Positions 11,791 through 23,312 of a stretch of 64,000 bases of DNA are shown one piece after another. The notes under the pieces were generated by a model. It was not told the origin of the DNA and made no database searches. It was given only the letters and a program-made list of their open reading frames with translations. Within the stretch, counting starts at the first letter, position 1, and every line of letters begins with the position of its first letter. The DNA is taken from NCBI GenBank assembly GCA_964035575.1, contig OZ037843.1, positions 1,116,001 through 1,180,000 on the forward strand. Reading direction: 5' to 3'. A program made the position numbers and the translations under genes. This stretch comes from Rhynchopus sp. YZ270_cl-10. Lineage: Eukaryota.

Positions 11791-12077
11791 GGATTTCAAA
11801 AATTCCTTTTTTTGGGTTGGCGGTGGGGAGCTTGGGCGGGGTTTGACCAAAACCAAGAACTTGGCCATTTCGGCAAAGTGACCCCACCACAGCGCGGACG
11901 GATTCCGGAAACGCCAATCGCGGCATGTTTTGGAGCCCACTTTTTTTCAGGGAAAATATTTGCTTCCAGATGTCGGAATTTTCCGGAAAATTTCCAGAAT
12001 TAGGAAACAGCCTGGAGGAGCGGGTTGAACGTTATTGGCGCGTGTACCTACGATGGTTTGTGCCAATACCCACCCAA

Positions 12078-12820
12078 ACTGTGTACTGTGTACTGTGTAC
12101 TGTGTACTGTGTACTGTGTACTGTGTACTGTGTACTGTGTACTGTGTACTGTGTACTGTGTACTGTGTACTGTGTACTGTGTACTGTGTACTGTGTACTG
12201 TGTACTGTGTACTGTGTACTGTGTACTGTGTACTGTGTACTGTGTACTGTGTACTGTGTACTGTGTACTGTGTACTGTGTACTGTGTACTGTGTACTGTG
12301 TACTGTGTACTGTGTACTGTGTACTGTGTACTGTGTACTGTGTACTGTGTACTGTGTACTGTGTACTGTGTACTGTGTACTGTGTACTGTGTACTGTGTA
12401 CTGTGTACTGTGTACTGTGTACTGTGTACTGTGTACTGTGTACTGTGTACTGTGTACTGTGTACTGTGTACTGTGTACTGTGTACTGTGTACTGTGTACT
12501 GTGTACTGTGTACTGTGTACTGTGTACTGTGTACTGTGTACTGTGTACTGTGTACTGTGTACTGTGTACTGTGTACTGTGTACTGTGTACTGTGTACTGT
12601 GTACTGTGTACTGTGTACTGTGTACTGTGTACTGTGTACTGTGTACTGTGTACTGTGTACTGTGTACTGTGTACTGTGTACTGTGTACTGTGTACTGTGT
12701 ACTGTGTACTGTGTACTGTGTACTGTGTACTGTGTACTGTGTACTGTGTACTGTGTACTGTGTACTGTGTACTGTGTACTGTGTACTGTGTACTGTGTAC
12801 TGTGTACTGTGTACTGTGTA
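12078..12820. repeat. Perfect (ACTGTGT)x106 array (GTAC core)
   Basis: 742 bp of uninterrupted 7-mer, followed by (GAAACACGGTA)x2. Confidence 0.97.
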
Positions 12821-13393
12821 GAAACACGGTAGAAACACGGTAGAAACATGGGGACTCGGTTATGTAGCCACGCCAGTAAAAATTTAACACCGGTGGCACT
12901 GTACGCATAAGTGCATAGAAAAAATCGTAAAACAACGTGTAATCTGTGGTGGTCAAAAGTGCAAAATTCCTTCGGCAATGGTCAGCCAGGCAAATTTTTT
13001 TTTGCTCCACTCGCCAAAAAAAATTTTGTTGTCACCTTTTTTGGACTTTTCGTGTTGAAAAAACGGGGGGAAAACGCAAAAAAAGCAAAAAGTTTAAATT
13101 CCCTCCATTACACTCCATTACACCCCATTACGCCCCATTACACCCCATTACACCTGAATTACGCCGTGCCCGGGACACCCCAGCTACGTGGAGGATCTTG
13201 AGAGCACTGCCCCTAGCTCGGGGCCCGTACCCAGGGCCGATTTTTTGGGGGTTTTCTCTCTTAATAATGAGGTGGGAAACACTTATCTGTCCATGACACT
13301 TTCTGTACTTCAGGCAAACACATTATACTGTAAATTTGCAATGCGTTATCAAGTCGAAGAAAAAAGTGGGGGGAAAGCAAAAAAAAAAAAAAA

Positions 13394-13496
13394 ATTTCAC
13401 AGATTTCACAGATTTCACAGATTTCACAGATTTCACAGATTTCACAGATTTCACAGATTTCACAGATTTCACAAATTTTACACAAATTTTACACAA
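13394..13496. repeat. (ATTTCACAG)x8 plus degenerate units directly upstream of retrotransposon ORF1
   Basis: 9-mer array after an A-run, ending 15 nt before the ATG at 13512. Confidence 0.9.
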
Positions 13497-13511
13497 CCTT
13501 AACGGATAAAC

Positions 13512-14732
13512 ATGTCATCACAGGGTGAACAACTCGTGATCAGCGCATACGGTATGAGGAATGTCCTTGGATCGTACTTGTCCATCTGTGGTCAACTAGA
13601 CCACATGGGCAGGGTCCTCGAGCTGCTGGCCCCCTATGGGGACACCAACGGTGCGACCAGTGCTGCGGGGTTCTACCGCGGCAACGGCATCAAGTTGATG
13701 AGGATTGATGCCCGTGCCAATGTGGAGGAGATGATCTCCCTGTGCGAAGAGATTGGGTTTTCTGCCTATATCGCTGCGTGGTCCTTGCCCACAGATGGGG
13801 GAATGATCCTCGAGGCGTTTCTCAGAAGCGACAGCAGGAACGACTCCACCGCCAAACCCTTCAGAGACATCCGCAAAGCCTTACGCAACTTGGAACTGCT
13901 GGAGGGGTCGAAAGTGATCAGGGCGACTGCCAGTGGCTACGACATCCACTCCCCCATCCTCAACGACGCCACCCTGGAGCGGCTAGCGGGGCTTTTGGAT
14001 CAGGCTAACATCGCTTTGAAATACCAAGGCCGTTTCGTGTCTACTAAAGAAAAGAAGGAGGAGAGGCGGAAGAAGTTCCTTGCGGACTCGAGGTCCAAAT
14101 GGGGAGGTTACGGTTTCCACCGTAGCTTCTCGGAATTCGAGTTCGCAGCTATGCTGGAACAACTGGACATCTCCTCTGAGGGGACCCGCATCTACCCAGC
14201 TCATGGGCTGGTGCGCGGCGCCCCAATCTTTATCATTGAGGGTTTGTCGGAGCTAGACATGGCACAAATCGAGAAGACGAACATCGTCAGCCCTTACGGG
14301 GTCACTTTGGTGATGGGTCCAGTGGAAGGGCTTATCCACCAGAGGGAGGCCCAGGCGTGGGGCGGTGCAATGCATTTCCAAAGCACAAAAGTGAACGAGC
14401 CGCCCCCGGCTGAAACCAACACGGAAGACGTCGACACCACCACAAATGTGCCAGCCAGGGCTGCCGACACCACCAACATGTTTGACGACGAGCGTTCTGA
14501 CAGCGGAAGCATCCTCGAAACGTCCGCAGAGGAAGAAGAGGAAGAAGCGGACGAAGAGGAAGAAGAGGGAGCCGGTGAGCAGAGACAGAAGAAGAGACGC
14601 AGGCAGAGCAAGGGCAACGCCGGCGGGAAGAAGAAGAAGTCCAAAACTACTGTCGACTTATCGGTTTCGGAAGCGGTCGACACAGCGCAGGAAGAGACGT
14701 CACCCCGTCCTGATCCTGCGCCAAGGAAATAA
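13512..14732 (+). CDS. Retrotransposon ORF1 (406 aa; acidic tract and basic NLS-like C-terminus, no CCHC knuckle seen)
   Basis: Long ORF immediately 5' of the RT ORF; EEEEEE and QKKRRR/KKKKSK segments. Confidence 0.75.
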   Translation: MSSQGEQLVISAYGMRNVLGSYLSICGQLDHMGRVLELLAPYGDTNGATSAAGFYRGNGIKLMRIDARANVEEMISLCEEIGFSAYIAAWSLPTDGGMILEAFLRSDSRNDSTAKPFRDIRKALRNLELLEGSKVIRATASGYDIHSPILNDATLERLAGLLDQANIALKYQGRFVSTKEKKEERRKKFLADSRSKWGGYGFHRSFSEFEFAAMLEQLDISSEGTRIYPAHGLVRGAPIFIIEGLSELDMAQIEKTNIVSPYGVTLVMGPVEGLIHQREAQAWGGAMHFQSTKVNEPPPAETNTEDVDTTTNVPARAADTTNMFDDERSDSGSILETSAEEEEEEADEEEEEGAGEQRQKKRRRQSKGNAGGKKKKSKTTVDLSVSEAVDTAQEETSPRPDPAPRK

Positions 14733-14737
14733 CCGTT

Positions 14738-17700
14738 ATGACCACAACCACACCAGCAAAGAACAGAACCGTGAGTGAACCTCCCCTATCCCCCCTACCC
14801 CCGAATCACAGTTACACAACAGTCAATCCCCCATACGTCAATGCTTCCCAAACCCGCCCGCCAACGGACATCAAACTCGTGGGTTGCAACTCGTGTTGCA
14901 AAATTTATTTGTCAAAATACTTCCGCCTCCTGCCAAAGAGTGAACTGCTGGCAACTTACGAAATCGGGCAACCGGTGGAAAAGTTTCGTGAAGCCGCCAC
15001 ACGTCATCAGTGGGTTCCAGTGGTAGTAGCCTCCATCAGCGAAAACAACTGCGATGTGGCTAGAAGTGCGATTTTGCTACGCGCCAATACGCCATGCTAC
15101 ACAACAAAGACAGGTACGTACCACACCGCATGTTACGCAGACATCAAACTCCCGACCTCCTCCATCCGAATTATCAGCGTCTACGTCCAGTGCAACAGAA
15201 GCGGCGAGCAGATGACAAACCTAGGCTCATGGATCAGGAAAACCGAACGTGAGAGTCCTCATGATACAATTATTATAGGGGATTTTAACGTGCGCACTAC
15301 ACCAACCGTGGAGGCAGTAGTCCGTGGTGGTAATTACCGCGAACTGGTGAGGGGACGAACCACTTTCGCCAGATCCAAGACCCAGAGGAGTTCCCTGGAC
15401 AGAGTGTTTGTGCAAAGGGGCTGCAAGCTAAACCTGGAACAAATAAGTTTCACCGGTGCGAGTGACCACGCTGCCCTGACGGTGAACATCCGACAAACAT
15501 TAGCAAATCCCATACCGTCCATGCAACAACCACCGGCAGGTTTCAAACTAGGACTCAAAGAGCTCGACTGCATCATCCAGGGAAAACCAGAATGGATTAA
15601 CGTGAGACCGGCCCCCAAACCAAAGTGCCCAAGACTATGGCGACTATCCAAAGCTTTGCAGTGCCGCTTAGTTCTGAGAAGCCAACATGCGGCACGGAAG
15701 GAGTGGGATGCAACTGCCAACCTCAACCGACAGATAAAGGACATCCGGGACAAGATGGACTTCCTAATCCAGGGAACGGCGTCGAACGACATGCAGACGA
15801 GAAGACTACCCTACCAGCCCCCAAAAGTTGAAAACCCGGGGGTCTTCGTGGAACACTTTCGAAAACGTTTCGCAGCGAGCGAACAACGAGCCAGCGGAAT
15901 GACAGGCAGTGCGATAAGCCTTGAATGTGATGACGTCTCGAGAGCTATAGCTTCAATGCGGACCAGCTCACGAACCACTGATTACTCACTTCGTTTCTTC
16001 AACAATGTGAAAGACGATATCTTACAGAAGCTAACAATACGATTTAACGAGTGGCTAAGATGTGGCATTCCCCCAAAGGAATCTACTTCATGGATTTTTC
16101 TTGCGTGGAAGCTAGGTTCCCGTAAACGTCAACACCCCAAATCTTTTCGCCCGGTCGCCATCATGCCCCTTCTCCTAAAGATCCTCCACACCGCCCTCTA
16201 CGTGCGCCTAAAAGAAGACATCTACCGAGAAGTGCGAGAGAAGAATTTCCAGTATGGCAGCGTCAGAAAAACAGGGATGGTCGAAATCATATACAATGCC
16301 CAGAAATGGTTGGACGAGAATTACGCTAATGACCTCGATGACGAACATGTGGTGCTCATCACGGACCTCCTGGCGGCCTATGACTCGGTGCCCCACGACG
16401 GAGTAGTGCACACCTTACAGAACATCATGGGCAGCAGGTGGGCAGCTACAGCCCAACGTGTGCTCGAAGCGCAGACGGTCTCGTTAACGTTTTACGACGG
16501 CTTCTCAACCCCTTTCCGCCTGGGTAAGGGGCTTTTGCAGGGGTCTCCACTGAGCGTTCTCCTCTACCTCCTCTACACCGCCTATCCACCTCCAGGCCTC
16601 CAAACAAGCAAAGCGTTCGTGGACGACATCACCACCTTGACAACCAAAGGTCGCGTGGAACACGACCTGCAACTGATCGAATCGTGGGCCTCAGATCTCC
16701 AACTTGAGCTGGCGTGGAGTAAAACCACGGTAATATCGAAGACAATTTTCAACTTCACAGACAACTCAGGCAACAGCAAAGTCTCTACTGCTAGTGCTAG
16801 GCTGCTAGGGGCCTGTGTACACGGGAACAAAAAGATAGCTAATTGCGAGCAAAATGCGTCAAAGACGGAGAGGCTCTGCAGGGTGATAGACCACATCACG
16901 TCCTCCCGCTACACACCGACGAAGCGGAAGGTGGAACAATATAAATGCTACGCCCTACCCGTCCTGTCGCTCCATTCGCTGTCCAAGTGCTTCGACCCAG
17001 CAGAGCAGAAGATCGCAGCTGCCTGTGGACGGCTCAATCCCTCTCACCCCGAGGTTGTGGCATTAAGCACTTCGCAACAAGCAAGCACGGTTTTGGACGG
17101 ACTCCTGTGGTGGACTACACGGAGGCGGTGCGCACCCATGCTCACTTGGTCTCCACAAACTACCGCTCCGAGGAGGCACTCCCGGCGGAAGGTTTCAGAA
17201 GGCGTGCTCCACGTGACGGCGACACACCAACGGTCATTCAGGACATCCAGCAACAGCTCGATACCTTCTCGGGAAATAGGGATCTAGTGGTGGCCTCTGA
17301 CGGTGGTTACTTCGAAGACGACAACACGGGCACTATTGGGATCAGCATCAACGGGGTAAAACATGGGGCTAAAATAAGAGGTAAGGTCCTTTCTAGCACT
17401 CACGCTGAACTTGCAGCGGCGATTACTCTGGCAACTGCTCTGAAGGGCTCCACCCACCGCTTCAGGGTGGTGTGGTGGTGTGACAGCAGGAACGCGATCG
17501 CTCGCCAGACTGCTAAGGACCCCATGGACCCGGCTTCGTGTGTGCTGGGAGCTCCTGGGATGCCCCTCATGTCGTGGGCCAAAGGTCATAGCAAAAACGT
17601 TCACATCAACGCCGCCGATGAGGCTGCCACACAAGCCCGCGTTCTGCCCTCCACCCTGGACGTCGAAGTGTGCCTTGCGCGACACAACATCCCTTTCATC

Positions 17701-18222
17701 TGCTTTTCGGAAAAGGTCGTCGTCACCCAGTTGTCCAGTCCGATGCATTTCATCAGGCAGGTAAAAGCGATGAATCGCGAGGCAGGGATTGCTACGAGGA
17801 TACGGGAACAATGCCCACAGGAGTGCACAAAGCGACAGAACTTGCGCCGTCTGATGTACATCCCAGGGTGTTGTGACATCATGCAGGCCATCGCGAGGCG
17901 TGCGGTACTGCAGCGTAGTACCAAGGCCAAGTGTGCGATTCCCCAGTGCGACGGTCTTGCCACAGCCGAGCACGTTTTGTTGTGCAATTCGCCAGCACAC
18001 CGACGTGCCCTATCACGTTTCGCAGACATAGAGAAGGTCTACCCCTCTCCCCCGACAGTACACACAGTGTTGCGAGATTTTGCTATGCGGCGCCCCCCCA
18101 CGCTTATGATGGTGTGCGAGCGGATGAAAGTGCAGGAGGCCGACGATGTGAGGATGTCTGAGTGGTGTGACGGTCTCCACAAATGGCTCATGCTACGAGT
18201 GGAGTTCCGGGAACGAATATGA
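14738..18222 (+). pseudogene. Retrotransposon ORF2 polyprotein, broken by an apparent 1-nt deletion at ~17014
   Basis: APE motifs IIGDFN, SLDRVF, SDH. RT motifs FRPVA, DLLAAYDSV, LQGSPLS, FVDD. The 16945 frame carries RNase H (SDGG, HAELAA, CDS, WAKGH, NAADEAA) and CAIPQC..EHVLLC. Restoring AAG ATC [C]GC gives KIRSCLW and fuses the two frames. Confidence 0.88.
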
Positions 18223-18657
18223 GGTCTTTGTGGGTTTTTGTATAGCTGTGTGACTTAGTGATTCAACCCTTCCCCCCTCCGTTACACGCCCCTGCCCACC
18301 CCCCTACTTAATAGCTCTCTTCTAAGTCCCTCCCCCCCTTGGCTTCTTTACAACCAGGGTGGTACTCATGTACCATAACCTACCAACACCCTTCACGCAC
18401 GCACTCCTGGGAAAATAGTGAAATTCTGTGAAGAAATAAAAGTTGCTCTTTAGGGTTCAGGACGGCTGACGTCTATACCTTCTGCAGTACATAGGCTTCG
18501 GCCAACTTTGAGTACAGAACTTTGTTCCGTTTTTGGAGCGAAGTGATTGTCGACACAACAAAAAGCAAGTCCACACCCACGAGGCGAGTGTTTTGGCAGG
18601 CGCTTGTAAGGACAGCCAAAAGACTTGAATGGTATACACAAAATACACGCTGGCATT

Positions 18658-18753
18658 CAGGGTCCTCAAGGGGGGTGCCAGGGATGCTGTTTTGTACAGA
18701 AAAAAATTTGCACCCCTAAAATTCCCAGAGGGGGGTGCAGGCTGAGGACCCTG
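18658..18753. mobile_element. 96-bp hAT-type MITE
   Basis: TIR CAGGGTCCTCA/TGAGGACCCTG with a perfect 8-bp TSD CTGGCATT. Confidence 0.9.
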
Positions 18754-18998
18754 CTGGCATTACACAAAAAAAAGAAATGACTTTGCCTTCAGCCTCATTT
18801 CCATGAAGCGCTGAAGAACGCAGGTTACGCCAAGTGATCGGCAGTGATGTTGTTTCCTTTTGTACCCCCTTTTCACCTTCCCCCCACTACCCCTTAGGCA
18901 GCCCCCGCTCCATCCCATGTCTGCTCTACACTAGCGTCATACACATCACAGACAAGAAGTTTCTTCTCGGAAATTCGGAAAATACGAATAAGATAATA

Positions 18999-19112
18999 CC
19001 GTGTTTTAAAAAAATATGGACCCGAAAATTGGTCCATAAAAGAAAATATCTCAAAAGGTCCATGATTATTCTAGTCCATGTTTTTTCTGGTCCATAGTTT
19101 TTCGAAACACGG
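18999..19112. mobile_element. Small MITE with GGTCCAT internal motifs
   Basis: CCGTGTTT..TATGGACC / GGTCCATAG..AAACACGG inverted ends; TA on the left only. Confidence 0.55.
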
Positions 19113-19626
19113 AAAATATTAAAAAGTGTGGATGCATCAATGCAACACAAGAACGATCAACAAGAAATAGAAACAAACATACTTTTCTTCCAGTTCTGCA
19201 TCAGAAACGCCTCAAGGCAAGACAAAGGAAAAATACAAGGGAAAAAATCAGATTTACTTATTCTGCGAATTTCTCACTCTCAGTTAGGATTGAGGGTGTC
19301 AATACATGAAAACAAAACAAAAATAGTACGGGTTTTAACGTTTTTCAGCCGTTTAATCACTGCGCGCCACTGTCCGTCTTCATGAGAACGTATCCGGCCA
19401 TGCAGTGCAGGTACGGCTCTGGGTTTCAGGAAATGTGTCTTTGAGTGAAGTAAATCCGTCTGGAGGACTCTTCGAAGCAAGGGGCGGTTGGACCCTCGCA
19501 GTTTGTGATGCCGTCTGATCACAATTGATCACCAAACCCAGGAGTGGTCCGTTTTCTCCTCGTGTCACCTTCACACCTCGCAGGTAAAACGTTTACACAC
19601 TTTTTGTACATATTCATCAACAGACA

Positions 19627-21927
19627 ATGGCGAAGCTTCGTTTCTCCACGAAGTACCTGATTTTACTTGCTGGTATGGTGTCGACAGCAGCGTCGCTGGC
19701 TGGCGGGCTTGTCCTTTACTTTGAAGGGCTTGACGTCATTGAAGCAACGGTGAAGGAGGTGGCACGTGCAGATGTGCAGTACCTGAGCCAGAAGTCAACG
19801 GAACCCTTCAACTCTGCCCATAGTGCCTTGTCTGAGACACGTGAACTTCTGCAACGTCTGCGCTTCAACACACGTGCGGAGTTTATTGACTGGATCCGCA
19901 ACAGAGTCATTTGGACAACATTCCACAATAAACTCCTCATCGAGTCGAGTGGGATCAGAGGCTTCACGAAGAACCGCACCGCAGGCGACCAAGTGTACGA
20001 AACAGTCTGGCACGAGCGCCGCATCACTGGTGAGTACGACTGGCTGCATGCCACGTACGACCCGTCCAACAACAACACCGAGTGTGGAACTGCCTTTCCG
20101 TGTGTGGTTGCGTACACTATTGACCCAACTTCAAACCCTTCGCCACTGTTGGTCAACATCTACAACTACTCTGATGCGGGGCGCGTCGATTATGCGTGGG
20201 ATCTTCGGAACGGTGACCTTGGGGATACAGGCTCGCTGTTCGTTGGCCCGTGGGTGTGGTTTGCTGCGGACGGGAACCCGTATGTGTACATGAGCTACCA
20301 TATGATGGTGCCTGCTTACAATGCACCCTTCTTCTCGGACACAATGTACTTCACTGTCACGCTTTCGATTGTTGCAGACCCATGGGTGGATATGATGAAG
20401 GAGTACCGCACTGAGGCTGATGTGCTCATTCTGCAGTTGGACAAACACCTGGACTCAACTGTGCTTGCAGGGAACATTCCTGGCATTACCGCCCAACCAG
20501 GGTGCAGTACGTCCCAGAATTCGTTCACGGCGTCGTGTCTGCGGACGGTTGGGCAGCTGGAGCAGAAGTACATTGACCTAATTTTTGAAGCACAATCAAC
20601 ACCGAACGACTTGCTTGTGAGGACGAACGGGCACTGGTTGATAAAGACACGCATACACAAGTTGCACCCCTCATCCGAGGGTCTCAAAGACATCTACATG
20701 CTGTGGATGCGCCCAACGAGCACTGTGGAGGCTGAGATGGACCACGCCCTTCATCTGCTGATTGCCTTTGTGGTGGGTGTGTTTTTGTTTGACTTCATGA
20801 TCGGACTGCTCGAAGTATTTCTCATCGCAGTCCCAATGCGCGAAGTGGAACAGTCCTTCATAGCTCTGCAGCGAATGGACTTGGACAAAGCAGAGTCCGA
20901 CGTCGAGGCAATTGGATCGTGCCTGCCAATTGAGATGAGTGAACTGTTCTCTCTGCGGAAGGGTGTGCTGTTTGCCATACAGTCTCTGCGGGAGTACAAG
21001 GCGTACTTGCCTCAGACGCTCTTTGTTGAAGAAGATGTTGAAAGTGAGAGCAACACGTCTGGAACAGAGGTCAGCCATACTCAGCAGAGCAAGCAGAGCC
21101 AGCAGTCATCATCAAGAGCACAGTCAGTAATGTCGGCAAGATGCGCTGGCGTGAAAACAGAGATGGGAACAAAGTCATGCAGAGGTGTCGTCATGATGGT
21201 TGACTTCAACTTGCGCAACACAAAAGGGTTTTTTGAGGTGTCGCAGTACTGCAACTCTGTGTCCTTTCTGCAAGGGTTGGCGGAAACGTACCAAGGCGTC
21301 GTGCACTCGTTCTCAACTCTCTCATGCGAAACACTTGTGATCTCATGGAACACTGCACGTCGTTGCTTCGACGGCCTGAAACAGGCAACTTCATGCGCGG
21401 ACAACATTTCGAAGCGTAGCTCCGTCACCGTGAGTTACATGGGATGCACGATTCACCACGGCAACATCGGCACTGCGACAATGAGGGGCTTTGTTCTCTA
21501 CGGTTCCGACGAAGGTGTGTGGAAGGCACTTTTTCAGTACGCAAAAGAGCTTCACAGAGTCCTTGACACTTCTGTCGCTGTCACAGACGGGAAAACTGCA
21601 GCAGAAATGACGTCCGTTTGTTCTGTTGTGTCTGTCGGGCGAGTGGTGTTGGGACGTAGAACTATTCCAGCGCACGTCATCCTTGGTCTGCTTCAAGACG
21701 CTGATGTTGAGTGGATGTACAGTGTCGATACTGAAGGTTCCGCTTTGTCAAAGGCCATGGATCAGATGCTGCTAGGCCAAGAGTACAGTACACAGGGAAT
21801 CAAGGTCAATTCAGTGCTCGAGACGAAGCTTCTGAAGGCGTTGGAACGCAACTGTGACAAGGAAGAGTTCATAATGCAAATTGCAGAGTTGTCCTGGGAT
21901 GGTGAAAGTGACACCTGTCAAGAGTGA
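19627..21927 (+). CDS. Receptor-type pseudo-adenylate cyclase, paralog 2 (766 aa)
   Basis: Same architecture as 5297..7645; shared upstream sequence. Confidence 0.85.
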   Translation: MAKLRFSTKYLILLAGMVSTAASLAGGLVLYFEGLDVIEATVKEVARADVQYLSQKSTEPFNSAHSALSETRELLQRLRFNTRAEFIDWIRNRVIWTTFHNKLLIESSGIRGFTKNRTAGDQVYETVWHERRITGEYDWLHATYDPSNNNTECGTAFPCVVAYTIDPTSNPSPLLVNIYNYSDAGRVDYAWDLRNGDLGDTGSLFVGPWVWFAADGNPYVYMSYHMMVPAYNAPFFSDTMYFTVTLSIVADPWVDMMKEYRTEADVLILQLDKHLDSTVLAGNIPGITAQPGCSTSQNSFTASCLRTVGQLEQKYIDLIFEAQSTPNDLLVRTNGHWLIKTRIHKLHPSSEGLKDIYMLWMRPTSTVEAEMDHALHLLIAFVVGVFLFDFMIGLLEVFLIAVPMREVEQSFIALQRMDLDKAESDVEAIGSCLPIEMSELFSLRKGVLFAIQSLREYKAYLPQTLFVEEDVESESNTSGTEVSHTQQSKQSQQSSSRAQSVMSARCAGVKTEMGTKSCRGVVMMVDFNLRNTKGFFEVSQYCNSVSFLQGLAETYQGVVHSFSTLSCETLVISWNTARRCFDGLKQATSCADNISKRSSVTVSYMGCTIHHGNIGTATMRGFVLYGSDEGVWKALFQYAKELHRVLDTSVAVTDGKTAAEMTSVCSVVSVGRVVLGRRTIPAHVILGLLQDADVEWMYSVDTEGSALSKAMDQMLLGQEYSTQGIKVNSVLETKLLKALERNCDKEEFIMQIAELSWDGESDTCQE

Positions 21928-23312
21928 AGTGGAATCGTTTTATTAATTTTTAAGACGTGGGGTGAATTGCCTGTAGCGGGGTAAATGACCCTCTACAGGG
22001 TGATGATACGGTATTTGACCACCACCGTCCCACCCTTTTCACCACACATTGTGGATCAACATTTCGTCGGAATTTTCGCTGAAAACCACTCGATTGCAAC
22101 CAAAAGAGTTTACCTTTGTACACCCTCTTCAGGTGAAGACAAAGATGTGTACATTTCATCACATACTATGCTCCTGTACGTTTTTTTGGTACCGTTTTCC
22201 AGTTTTTCGTATATTTTTCCCAAATTTAGCGTGACCCCGCTGTAATACCCACCTCGCATCTCTGCCACGAGTCTCGAGCAAGGGGCGCAGGCCAGCTTGG
22301 CACCTACTGTCTGCGGCGTTGTACCGAAGACAGGTACGTGCACGTGTACAGCTCCATTAATTACACCACACTGTTTTGCGTTCATTGTCTTTTCCAAGAC
22401 GTTTACAAAATGAAAATGAAAATAAGAGAGGAGAGCCAGTCAGACCTACGAGGTCTTGCTGTATCAAAACCCACTTTTGGATGCGTTTGCACTTCAAACT
22501 TCTCTCTGTGGTCCACCTGAGTTTGCTTGAAATTTGTGGAGTTTTGTGGTATTTATACTCTGCGAAATTTCAGACAAAATGAGGTGCGTAGTTTGAAATG
22601 GTTTGTTAGTGCGTGCGGATGTTTACACTCGTTTATTTGTGTTTTTATTCGTCTTTTGCGGAGGTCACGTACACTTTCTACAGGGGACAGTGATATGAGA
22701 TTTACACGATCTCGATAAACGAAAAAGTGTTTTCTTGTCTGTGGAACTGGCTTGTGTCACGCTCAGCGAGCCCTGAGAAGCTATGACCCCAAGCCCATGA
22801 GAGTTCATGTGGTTTGCCTCCCGACTTTGTTTATCCCCCTCCCTTCCCCCTCTCTTTTGTGCTCCATGATACTTTTTGTATTTCAAGCAAACACATTCGC
22901 ACCGTACTTGCTTTAATATTTTTGGTTCACCGCAGTTGACGGAAATGCTATGCGGTCGCTCTAACTGTTTTTTACCCTCATTTGTGCTCCTTTCCCTTCT
23001 CACACAGCACCATCTGTACTTCAGGACTTTCACCTTTCTTACAACTTTCTGTTCCTTTAAATGATTGGATGTGAATGGTGAGAGCGTACACCTAACAAAC
23101 CCTCTGCCCCGTTTCCCGTTTTCCTATGGTGAAGATAGCTATTGACACTGTAGCTTTTCCCCCCCCGGTAATCAGCGTCTTATCCAGGAATCTGAACAAG
23201 ATTAACCAATAAGATCGCGGTTCCTTTTTATCGAATGCTTTGTATTCTCCACTGTCATTCAGAAAGACGGTGGAGCGTGCAGATGTGGTAACACACACTA
23301 TTCCAACAATTT

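Larger units (their letters stand above)
13394..18449 (+). mobile_element. Near full-length non-LTR retrotransposon (two ORFs; APE-RT-RNase H-CCHC); ends approximate
   Basis: ORF1 and ORF2 are 5 nt apart. C-rich 3' UTR ends near AATAAA at ~18436. No TSD or poly-A tail identified. Confidence 0.85.

Noticed and set aside
12078..12820. CRISPR array or true telomere
   Set aside because: No spacers or cas genes. The arrays are interstitial, have differing units, and none is TTAGGG.
8479..13010. Long ORFs of VRVR/CTCT/YTYT/VYCVLCT type (also at 38617-39438, 48417-49284, 61218-61835)
   Set aside because: Translations of stop-free microsatellites that are open in several frames; no coding evidence.
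11429..13221. CCCCTAGCTCGG repeated at ~11429 and 13210 as a TSD around the ACTGTGT array
   Set aside because: The enclosed ends share only TAGTG/CACTG with no convincing TIR, and no empty site is available.
13300..13310. TTTCTGTACTT resembling the 3' part of a euglenozoan spliced leader
   Set aside because: Only 11 nt match, and the region matches a dispersed repeat fragment at ~62520; no SL-RNA gene structure.
18450..18455. TTAGGG right after the retrotransposon 3' end as telomere targeting
   Set aside because: A single unit is expected by chance.
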